A stretch of 64,000 bases of DNA from Lingula anatina. Taxonomy: Eukaryota > Animalia > Brachiopoda. Location: NCBI GenBank assembly GCA_051362555.1, contig CM120642.1, positions 14,260,001-14,324,000 on the forward strand, read 5' to 3'. Below, one piece after another: positions 52,801-60,681 of the stretch; the first letter of the stretch is position 1; the number at the start of each line of letters is the position of its first letter. The notes beneath the pieces were generated by a model. It did no database searches. It saw nothing but the letters and a program-made list of their open reading frames with translations, and was not told the origin of the DNA. Position numbers and translations under genes: made by a program.

Positions 52801-55800
52801 GAAGTAGTACATTGGTTCTGACACTTCTGCTTCTCTTTTGTGACATACTCATGAAATTAGGCTTTGTCACACAAACTGTAGGCTGATCCAAATAATACTT
52901 TTTTTATTTCAGGGCATAGTCTTCAAAGACTTCCGTGACTTTTTCCAATTTTTAAACCACTTGGACGATTTCTCCATGGCAATGAAGCTTTACACTGTAG
53001 CCAACCAGCCAGTCTCTCAAGGTATTTGGTTGTGAATTTTTTCTTGACTTAAGGGACATAATTATTAACACATATTTCTATTAATTCTGAATTAGGTTGT
53101 ACAAAGATATCAATATACCTTTTTGATTGAATAATTGTTCAAACTTAATTTTTAATTGGTGGCCCATTTAGTAGCTGTAGTTTGTTTTGATGAATATATT
53201 GACTCTGTAAATTGTATTGTATTGACAACAGTGACATTGGCTGCTCTGAGGTATATTCTGTATGATAAATTCTGAATAAATATGAAAAAAAAATGCCAGA
53301 TGTGTGTACGTGATTGCATGCATGTCTGGGTATACATCATACAAGATACATGAATACTGTAGTGTAGATAACATATCTACATGTAGATATTGTAAATTTT
53401 CATCAGTGGTCTGTATATAGTGCTATTATTCCTTAATATAATATGTATTCAAAATAATGTGTTTTATAAGGGCATGGGGAGAGGGTTCATAGTGGATGTA
53501 ACCTATTTTTGAATAAGAGAGTATAACAATTTGCTACCCTATGTGTTAATTATGTTTTCTATAGTTTCAAGTTATTTATAGTTACTGTGGGATGAGCCAT
53601 GTGCACCTTTCTGAAAGATAATTTAATTGATGTAAAATGGTTTCATGAATGGTAATAAAATTTTAGTCTTAAAAATTAAACACTGATATCCAAAGTAAAA
53701 TTTATTAAAAATATGAATGATTAAATAGTGACATAAAAAAAGAAAAACACAAAAATAAATAAGCAAATGCCTAAATAAAAAGATAAATAAATAATGATGA
53801 CAAAGGCAGAGGATAGGTAGTTGTTGGTGGCAGATGTTGGCATGGTTGTACCTCACTCTGTGTCAGCTGTGTACTGGCTTTATTATTTATACTTGGAACT
53901 GAAAATTATTATCTATTGTGTTTTATATATATGCTCATGTCATCCATATTTTGCTCAGTATTCTGGAATTAAAAAAAGCTTTTCATAAGTTACAAGGTCA
54001 TCTTAAGGTCATCTTATCCATATCTTCTCAACATATAGATGACCTAGGATAAAAAAATACCACTCAGTCATGTGATATGAAAAAGTTCAAGTGAAGGACA
54101 ACAGTTTCTTCATCATTAATACATGTCTCACTAGTCGCTTACCTCAAGTTAAAAACTATGAACTGTCTGTATACAAGGGTTGTGTAACATTAGTCATGTA
54201 CACAGCATTACCTGCCTTCAGCTAACCTAGAAATTAGATATGATAACAGCTGGTTGTTGTCATATCACAACAAGTAACAGGTGTGATACAGTATTATTTT
54301 TTCTGTTTACTTTGATAAAGTGAGGCTAATGCAAAACAGGTGGTCATTACTCATGAGGATGAGTCGACTTTGAGAATATCCTCACAATGAAAGAAACAGG
54401 TGCCAAGGGAAGAGATTTCATGATTTATGATGATCTATAAATCTTGTCGATTTATTATGGTTTGATTTATGATCTTATGGTATAAACACAAGAAAAGAAA
54501 CATTGCTAATGTTTAAATTATTTACGTATTGCAGGCAAAATGTCCTGTGATGATGTTACTGATGTTTCCATTAAACTGTATGGACTGTTAGTGTGGAATA
54601 TATATATTCTGATTCCTTGGCTTTGTCCCAATTATTATCACAGCCATAATAGATAAGTGCCAAAAATGATAAAGGCCAGTTTACAATAAAAACCTAAAAT
54701 TGTCACTATTTTCTGGTATTCACTACTTTGATACAGCAATTATTAGATTATGTAATTTTAGATTAGATATACCAAGTCCCCCTGTGTTATGACATGTTTG
54801 TTTACATATTATATACATGCTTCATTCTTGATACACCTGTTCAGTGAGTTGTGCCACATGGCAATGTCAGCGCTGTTCATATCTTGGGTCAGGTGCACCA
54901 AAATAAACAGGTAGCCTTCCCAGGCATTGGATCATAACATGCAAGGAGATTGAGGTCTTCTAAGCCAGATCAGGCCACTTTGCCTTAGCTCAAGTACCAC
55001 CCAACAACACATACAGGGAAACTAGACTTCTAGGTGCCTTTTAGATAAGCATTTTTTTTTTTATCACGTTAGAAGGGTAAAATTGAAACTGGGTTGCAGC
55101 TCTTTATCAGAGGGCAATACCTGGGACCTGATATCCTACATGGAACTCTATTAATGTTGCTGCTATATGGAGAAGTGCATCACTGGTGCTGCAGTTTGGT
55201 GAAATCCCAGGTGTGCCTCCATATATCAGGCAGACTTTGTAACGATAGCATTGAGAACTGACTCACTTTTAACAGGAACTGATATGGACTATCATTTCAT
55301 TGAAGTGGGACACAGGTTTAACAAGAAACACTCATTAAAATTATTTTTTAAGAACTTTATCGTTTGAATTGGATAATAACGTACTGCAATCAGTATGCCT
55401 CAAGAGACTTTATATAATACGGATGGAATCAGTCAATGCTCTGAATTCACAGTGATTATGCAGTGTGGAAATCAAGTCGGCAATATTCAGCCTGATTTTA
55501 TGGACAAGCCCAAGTTACTGTCATCATTTAATACCAGCTTGAAAGAGGAGGAAGATGAACAGCCAAGTCAGCCCACTGGACTAGCCACTGACCATCTTGG
55601 CAGTATTTACATAGTGGACAGTCAGCATCAAACTCTGAAGAAGTTCGCCACAGATGGACGTCCCTTGTCGTCAATCAAATTGCAGAATCCGTGGGGTGTG
55701 ACTGTCCTTAAGAACGGCAGCATATGTGTCACAGATCTTGATGCTCAGTGTGTGAAAGTGATACGTCCACAAGGTCAACACATGACTACAATTGGACAGG

Positions 55801-58226
55801 GTTATCTAGGGGAACCTAGGGGAGTTGCAGAGAATGAAAGTGGAGAACTACTGGTGTCTGATACCAAACCCCAGCGCATTCTGGTTTTCAAGCCTCACAC
55901 TGTGGACTGTTTTGGTATGAATACTAGTAATGCCACCTGCACATACAGCCTAAGGAAATTCCTCCCAGTGAGAAGCTGTCCATGGGGCATAGCAGTGAAT
56001 CCCATAAACAACAACATTGTAGTATCGAATAACAGTGGACATTGTGTACATGTACTGTCACCTAAGGGAGAGGAATTTTTTCAGCATGGCACCACAGGAC
56101 AGAACAGTAGTGACCCTGGTCAGTGTACCAGCAGCCATCCGAGTGGAGTTTGCGTGGACAGATTTGGCCATATCTTCATGACTGACTGTGAAAAAGATGC
56201 TGTGGTCATCTTATGTCCAGATGGACAGTCCACACTGGGTTATGTATCAGTGAAGTGTCCAGTTGCTGTGACAGTCAGCCACGTTGGTCACTTGCTTGTA
56301 GCGAGACAGAATGGTTGGATTGATATTTACCAGTACTTAAAATGATCATTAATGTGATAAAAGAGATCGATATAGATAACTTTTTTCTTTCTTGCTTAAT
56401 GATATGATCAGCATCTTGTAATTTTTGTAAATCATAGCCATTTCTTTTAGATTTATTTTTTCAAATAACTTCTTACCATTGAAATTGATAATGGTAGAAT
56501 TATTGTTGGAATTATTACAACAAGGTTTATATACTATACCAAAAGCAGGATATCTGCATTTATCATTTTGTCGTTGGATTATCTTTCAAAATGAATACAG
56601 TGCTTTTTAAAAATGAAAAAGAACTTTGAAGTTAAAATCAGATGGCATCAAAACTGAGATTTTGTAAAACTTGAATTAATTGTGATCAACTTTTGTGTTC
56701 TTTATTTTGTTTACTGCTTAAATAAAGACTTTCATTAATGTAAGTGAAGTGGTTATTTGAATTATTAAATGTCATCCTGTCTGTTAAGTTTCTGAAATAC
56801 AAACATCCACAAGAAAACGGTATTTTTCAGTCCTTGGGATAGTGTATGCTATTTGTATGTGGACTGAAAAAATACTGTGAACATTGAAATAATTAATTAA
56901 GGCATTATTGTTTCCTGCCAAACCTTCAACCATTTATCGCGCACTGTTTAAGAAAAAAATTTATAGGGCTATAGCTGAGCACACTTATCATCTGACACCC
57001 AAAAAAATTATCAGTGCACACACCAATAAATTAAATATTTACACATTTGGCAATCGGCCATGGATTGTGTAGATTTTCAAATCCAAAGGGTTGCTTCATT
57101 TCTCCCCAACCTCCTTAAGATACTCTTCAGGGCTCTTGCAACATCTTGCTGTTTTTTTGGTCAATTTTTTATTAGCTGATGCCTCTCCTGTATAAAAGTC
57201 TCAGACCAATAAAAAAAATAATGTAAGTCTGCTTTGCAAGAGAGCTGTGTTATATGCTTACCATGTAGGTAGGAATTATCAACTGGGTTTTGTCACCCAA
57301 ATGTTTGCTATTTGCTACATGCAAAAGTTTCAATTGATCGCCGCTTGCAATTGCAATGTCTACCCCCTACCTTCTTAAAGCCTCTGAAATCCCACATTGG
57401 CCATGTGTACAATCATTGTTTTCAGGTCTATTTTTTGTGAAGGTTGTACCAGGGTATAATCGGGAAAGATAAAGGAATGTTTCTGCCCCATTTTCCCAGA
57501 ATTGCTTCACCTTGCTGTGTATGTTTGTGTATGCATGAGACCAAAACCACCCCTCTCCCTTGTCATATCCCAGCATCTCAACTGAGTCATCTGATATTTT
57601 CCAGAGTTGTTCCACAGGGCAGTGACGGTGTGCACAGGACTCAAACTAAACCCCCATGTAATAGACACAGTGTTTCAGCTGTTTGATATAGATGGTGATG
57701 GCCAACTAAGTCATCAGGAATTCATCTCTATCATGAAGAGTAGACTACACCGTGGATTCAGGGTAAGAGTTCTAGCCAAAGGGTTTTTCTTTCAAAAAAA
57801 AAAAAAAAAAAAAAAGGATGTTTTGGAGAAAAAAGAAACTGTTGTAGTTATCTTATGCACTGCTGTTAGTCTTTTATTGATTCATGAGGGTTTATATATA
57901 TCAGTTGTTTTATGAAACTTATATGAAAAAAAACATTTCATAGAAGTGTATTTGCTATCATTTATTTTCATATTTAACTGATTTTTACTTGTTTTAACTT
58001 GAAAAAGAACCCTTGTCACCATCGCCCCTCAGATGTAAAACCCGTGATTACCACTTTGCTGATTACTATGATGTTTACTGTTATAGCTTATTTATGTGAC
58101 CATAGCTACATTCTTTTGGGAACTATGATTTATGTATCATGTTGGTTATTTCAGTCACACCTGGTGAAGATGAACAGATGGGATTCCTTTAAGGCCTGTC
58201 TCAAGGAGGAAATGAAAACAAAATAG
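10435..58226 (+). CDS. MICU3: Multi-exon calcium uptake protein, mitochondrial (MICU2/MICU3 family, most similar to MICU3), 5'-incomplete
   Basis: Core exons 10435-10579, 28400-28510, 37062-37109, 39594-39676, [variable exon(s)], 50406-50518, 50687-50864, 52913-53021, 57605-57762 and 58155-58226 have AG/GT boundaries and matching phases. Translation carries family motifs [79 protein letters not shown] and RLHRGF, recalled from vertebrate MICU3. Confidence 0.93.
12752..12936. mobile_element. 185-bp MITE with 3-bp TCA target duplication, PIF/Harbinger-like
   Basis: Left GAGCGCATTCAGAACAG...CAGATCAAAT...GACCCACT versus right AGTGGGTC...ATTTGATCTG...CTGTTCTGAATGCGTTC. TCA flanks both ends. Confidence 0.75.
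14873..15388. mobile_element. About 515-bp non-autonomous DNA transposon with ~35-bp terminal inverted repeats
   Basis: GAGTTTCCGGTGCAGTTGGGATACGACGGCTAGAT versus the reverse complement of ATCTAGCCGGCGTATCTCACCGGCAACGGAAACTC. CpG-rich interior with repeated CTAGATAGGA. No clear TSD. Confidence 0.7.
17657..18230. mobile_element. Old inverted-repeat element with internal short sub-repeats
   Basis: Left tatgttccaaaggttcgatattcagaagttttgctattctgaa; right side has several opposite-orientation tttggaatagc units ending in ctttggaaacata. Confidence 0.4.
17945..18009. repeat. Poly-C followed by a ~54-nt poly-A tract
   Basis: Directly visible homopolymers. Confidence 0.95.
24688..24876. repeat. Degenerate TTTGCAGCAAA-type repeat cluster in both orientations, probable transposon remnant
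   Basis: ttgcagcaaatttt, ttgctgcagatttt, tttgcagcaagc, tttgcagcatac and tttgcagcaaattt within 190 bp. Confidence 0.45.
25668..25924. mobile_element. 257-bp near-perfect palindromic MITE, PIF/Harbinger-like
   Basis: Termini GGCTTCGTTCACATGCAATGTCTATTTTCTA...TAGAAAATAGACATTGCATGTGAACGAAGCC. Arms pair over about 120 bp. Flanked on both sides by TAA (25665-25667, 25925-25927). Confidence 0.88.
26459..26742. repeat. Two-copy tandem duplication, ~135-140 bp unit
   Basis: atggaattcc...ttttaattcaattctgatggttcc.gagatt...gttaggtgttggg.cccatgataaatgttcagagg...aaacctag.ctcatgtctg occurs twice head-to-tail. Confidence 0.85.
28400..28510 (+). CDS. MICU3: MICU3-like exon ([38 protein letters not shown])
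   Basis: Acceptor gttacag, donor AAG|gtaagt, phase 1-1. TP....GS..LFR....KG motif. Confidence 0.88.
35744..36125. repeat. Three degenerate tandem copies, ~130 bp unit
   Basis: ttgtattatg(t/c) anchors near 35745, 35880 and 36006, each followed by an attgcac...g(c/t)tg motif and an A-run. Confidence 0.6.
36643..36715. repeat. 37-bp direct repeat, two copies
   Basis: cctgccactctggaact...tctacagcaa(c/t)tggtt at 36643 and 36680. Confidence 0.85.
37062..37109 (+). CDS. MICU3: MICU3-like exon ([17 protein letters not shown])
   Basis: 48-nt exon with ttttttttccag acceptor and gtaagt donor. Highly conserved MICU motif. Confidence 0.92.
37730..37823. repeat. (CT)n microsatellite with adjacent poly-T
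   Basis: About 36 perfect CT units followed by a T run. Confidence 0.97.
39594..39676 (+). CDS. MICU3: MICU3-like exon with EF-hand 1 ([27 protein letters not shown])
   Basis: Strong polypyrimidine acceptor, gtaagg donor, phase 1-0. Canonical 12-residue loop [12 protein letters not shown]. Confidence 0.93.
41563..41730 (+). CDS. Candidate alternative MICU3 exon A ([56 protein letters not shown])
   Basis: 168 nt, stop-free in phase 0, acceptor ctcctttcag, donor gtatgt, GC-richer than flanks. Confidence 0.65.
43878..43946 (+). CDS. Candidate alternative MICU3 exon B ([23 protein letters not shown])
   Basis: 69 nt, phase 0-0, acceptor gattccag, donor gtatgt. Start resembles the LQEIF segment that follows EF1 in vertebrate MICU3. 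Confidence 0.7.
47162..47215 (+). CDS. Candidate alternative MICU3 exon C ([18 protein letters not shown])
   Basis: 54 nt, phase 0-0, pyrimidine-rich acceptor tttgtttctgcttag, donor gtaatt, purine-rich exon-like composition. Confidence 0.5.
48178..48258 (+). CDS. Candidate alternative MICU3 exon D ([27 protein letters not shown])
   Basis: Branch-like cctaat then attctag acceptor. Donor GTG|gtaatg gives 81 nt (a weaker gtagca donor would end it at 48246). Phase 0-0; begins with the same LQRV as exon B. Confidence 0.55.
50406..50518 (+). CDS. MICU3: MICU3-like exon ([38 protein letters not shown])
   Basis: tttgtag acceptor, gtaagg donor, phase 0-2. [10 protein letters not shown] motif. Confidence 0.92.
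50687..50864 (+). CDS. MICU3: MICU3-like exon ([59 protein letters not shown])
   Basis: tttcag acceptor, gtgggt donor, phase 2-0. Overlaps supplied ORF 50691-50996. Confidence 0.93.
52913..53021 (+). CDS. MICU3: MICU3-like exon ([36 protein letters not shown])
   Basis: tttttatttcag acceptor, G|gtattt donor, phase 0-1. Confidence 0.92.
54245..54441 (+). promoter_or_regulatory. Candidate intronic promoter/enhancer: E-box array plus TATA upstream of the NHL ORF
   Basis: AACAGCTG at 54245; AACAGGTG at 54276, 54335 and 54395; TGATAA at 54241 and 54313; TATAAA at 54436. Confidence 0.35.
55395..56345 (+). CDS. Intronless NHL-repeat (six-bladed beta-propeller) protein, TRIM2/3/71 C-terminal-like, nested in a MICU3 intron
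   Basis: 316-aa ORF, by far the longest in the window. Six blades: [96 protein letters not shown]. No RING or B-box. In-frame stops lie just upstream of the ATG. Confidence 0.88.
   Translation: MPQETLYNTDGISQCSEFTVIMQCGNQVGNIQPDFMDKPKLLSSFNTSLKEEEDEQPSQPTGLATDHLGSIYIVDSQHQTLKKFATDGRPLSSIKLQNPWGVTVLKNGSICVTDLDAQCVKVIRPQGQHMTTIGQGYLGEPRGVAENESGELLVSDTKPQRILVFKPHTVDCFGMNTSNATCTYSLRKFLPVRSCPWGIAVNPINNNIVVSNNSGHCVHVLSPKGEEFFQHGTTGQNSSDPGQCTSSHPSGVCVDRFGHIFMTDCEKDAVVILCPDGQSTLGYVSVKCPVAVTVSHVGHLLVARQNGWIDIYQYLK
56721..56726 (+). terminator. Candidate polyadenylation signal for the nested NHL gene
   Basis: AATAAA about 375 nt after the NHL stop, following a U-rich tract. Confidence 0.45.
57605..57762 (+). 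CDS. MICU3: MICU3-like exon with C-terminal canonical EF-hand ([53 protein letters not shown])
   Basis: ttttccag acceptor, gtaaga donor, phase 1-0. Loop [12 protein letters not shown]. Confidence 0.93.
58155..58226 (+). CDS. MICU3: MICU3-like terminal coding exon ([23 protein letters not shown])
   Basis: tatttcag acceptor, TAG at 58224-58226. FK.CLK.E helix carries the Cys that MICU2/3 use for disulfide-linked dimerisation with MICU1. Confidence 0.9.
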   Translation, partial: SHLVKMNRWDSFKACLKEEMKTK

Positions 58227-59754
58227 TCCAAGGACTGGAATGTCATCTCTAGATTTGTCATGATTTAAGCTTATTTTATCATTAAAAATACATTAAAAGA
58301 CCTGCAATTGGCTGATGCCAGGACCTAGGAGAAAGGGGGGGGGGGGCACTTATATATTCATTATCCATAAAAGCAGCCTTTATACTTCTTGACCCAGTTG
58401 GTCCTTTTTTTCTGCCGAGTTTAATAATGATTTACATGTGCAATTATTGTACAGTGTTACGGGTTGACTTAGTAGGTTAGATTAGTGTATGTACAGAAAA
58501 TACTGGTAAAATACCTGTATTTGTAGTTGCAGTGGACTTGAGTCAAATGTAATGTTATTTTAATAATGCAGTTAAAGACAATTTTTGTTTACGAAACTCA
58601 TCCATGGTTAACAAGGGGAAGAATTTTCATTACTGTTTACAAGTCCAGTCATTATTCATCCACCCTGCCAATGTTGCAGTTCACAAAGTGTAGATCTGTC
58701 CTCTGTGATGAGAATAGTTTAAGGGTATGATGGAAATACTGAAAGGAATGTGTAACTTAATCAAAAATATTTCTCTTATAACTACAGATCTGCTTCTGGA
58801 AAGCAATGGAGTTGATTGTTGAAGGAATAAGAGGCTTACATAGAGTTGCCAATCCAAAGCTATACCAATTTGTTTGTTATTGTTGTTATTATGTAAATAG
58901 ACATGATTAGTCAGGCAATGTACATTATGTGTGATTTATAATTCAGTGTTGGTTGTTGTACGCAGTATATATGAACATGTTCACATGGATAGACTGCGGG
59001 TTACTTGACTTAGTGCATAACAGTCTTTCTTCATTTGCGAACACTTGCTCCGCTTCTCAACATGAATAAGCAGTTTTTCTGTAGGTTTTCAGTGGTGAAT
59101 ACTAAAAATGGTGTAAACAATTGAAGTTGGTAGTTTACATACCTGTATACCAGTATCTATGATTGGTGTCAAAGTTTTAATGTTTATAGGTATAATTGAA
59201 GAATAATGTTATGTGCTGTGCATGTCAAGTAAGTTAAATTATTGATATTATGCATCGTATGTTTGTGGTAGGGATCTTTTTTTGCCTGCTATAAGGACAT
59301 ACTGGGGATCCCTCTGTAACTCAACCTTTATTATTTTATTTACTTTTGTAATGTGTGCGAATTCACAGTTATTTCCCATTAAGCATGTGTTTCTCATTGA
59401 TCTAGTGCTGTATACTACAACTGGTATTATCCATTTAATTCGTTTGTGCTTAAATGCTTCTTTTTGGCCTGAATGTCCATGATAGACAATTAAAACATCT
59501 ATTTTTTTTTTTTCAGTTAAGAAACTGATATTGAAAGAGCATTAAAATCCATTACTTAACCATCTTTGAAGTTTGTATTTGCAAACATTTTATTGAGTAT
59601 ATATATTTTGTCAGACTTGGGAAGTAATGGTTTTGAAGAATTTGCTGTCTAGTTATAGGAAAGACACAAGCACATCAAAAGTGTAATTATATTTATTGTT
59701 GCCAGATCACATATGTAAGCTTATGGCTTCAAATGAATTCAGAATGTTTTTCAG

Positions 59755-59805
59755 AATAAATTTAAATGAATAACGGGAGACCAGAAATGTTTGTTTCACT
59801 TTATT
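59755..59805. terminator. Opposed polyadenylation signals between convergent MICU3 and COMMD6
   Basis: AATAAA on + at 59755-59760 followed by GT-rich atgtttgtttc; AATAAA on - at 59805-59800. Confidence 0.45.
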
Positions 59806-60425
59806 ACCTCTGCATAATCAATTATACAGGATTTGTGCATATATTATTAAAGAAAACTCATGGAAATGATAAACAGCAAGAGACTGCTTGATTTTATAGG
59901 TATCATTTAGACTGCATGCTCTTTCAAAATTGGTACGATTGCCCCCTTCACACCGAAATAAATATCCAAAATAAATAATATTTGACCATGCTATAAGAAA
60001 ATACAAATAACTATGTGTTTGTTGAGAAAGACTTGATTCGATAATGTATCCTGAATGTTTGATTTTTAAAAATTACCTCTGTGTCAACAACATTTTTGAT
60101 CTCAAAATCCATTTGCCCCACTTCTGCTTCAAGGCAATTTGAAGTGAATTAACAATGACCACTATGGGAAGTATAGGTTCCCTGGCCTCTGCAAGAGGCA
60201 ATGCAGTTCACTTTGATTCACTATTCAGATCACATTACACCAATGTCCCCAATGGGTCTACATTGAAAAGATTTAAGAAATGAAACCAAGCTTACAACTC
60301 AATCCTGATGGCATGTCTTCTTGTCCTGCGTGAACAAATCCTTCCCATTTTGCAGACTTGCAGAATCTACATCCACATTTTTCCTGAGAGAAGTCCAGAG
60401 ATGTCACTGTGTATCGTTTTCTTTT

Positions 60426-60647
60426 TCAAACACTTTCTAGCACTGCAGCCATTTCTTTGATTTGTTTAGAAAAATTCTGAACAAGAAAAATGGTTAATCA
60501 TTAAATTGGATCTAAAATCTGACAAAAAAGTATTAAAATCAAAATCCTAGAAACTGTGAAATTCCATTGTTAGGTACATAATAATAAAAGCATTTTATTG
60601 TTGGCCCCCTTATATGACTCAAATATGCCATGTTTGAAACATTCTAC

Positions 60648-60681
<34 letters not shown>

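Noticed and set aside
58840-60425. Apparent chain of minus-strand pseudo-exons with tiny introns (including a C-x5-C-x3-H-like peptide near 59350-59400) suggesting a decayed gene or transposase
   Set aside because: Needed many stop read-throughs at close to the random rate for AT-rich DNA and at least one non-AG acceptor. The region is explained as the 3' UTRs of COMMD6 and MICU3.
60426-60428. TGA followed by a further open stretch, suggesting selenocysteine or read-through
   Set aside because: It coincides with the conserved COMMD6 C-terminus (AAVLESV*), so it is the normal stop.
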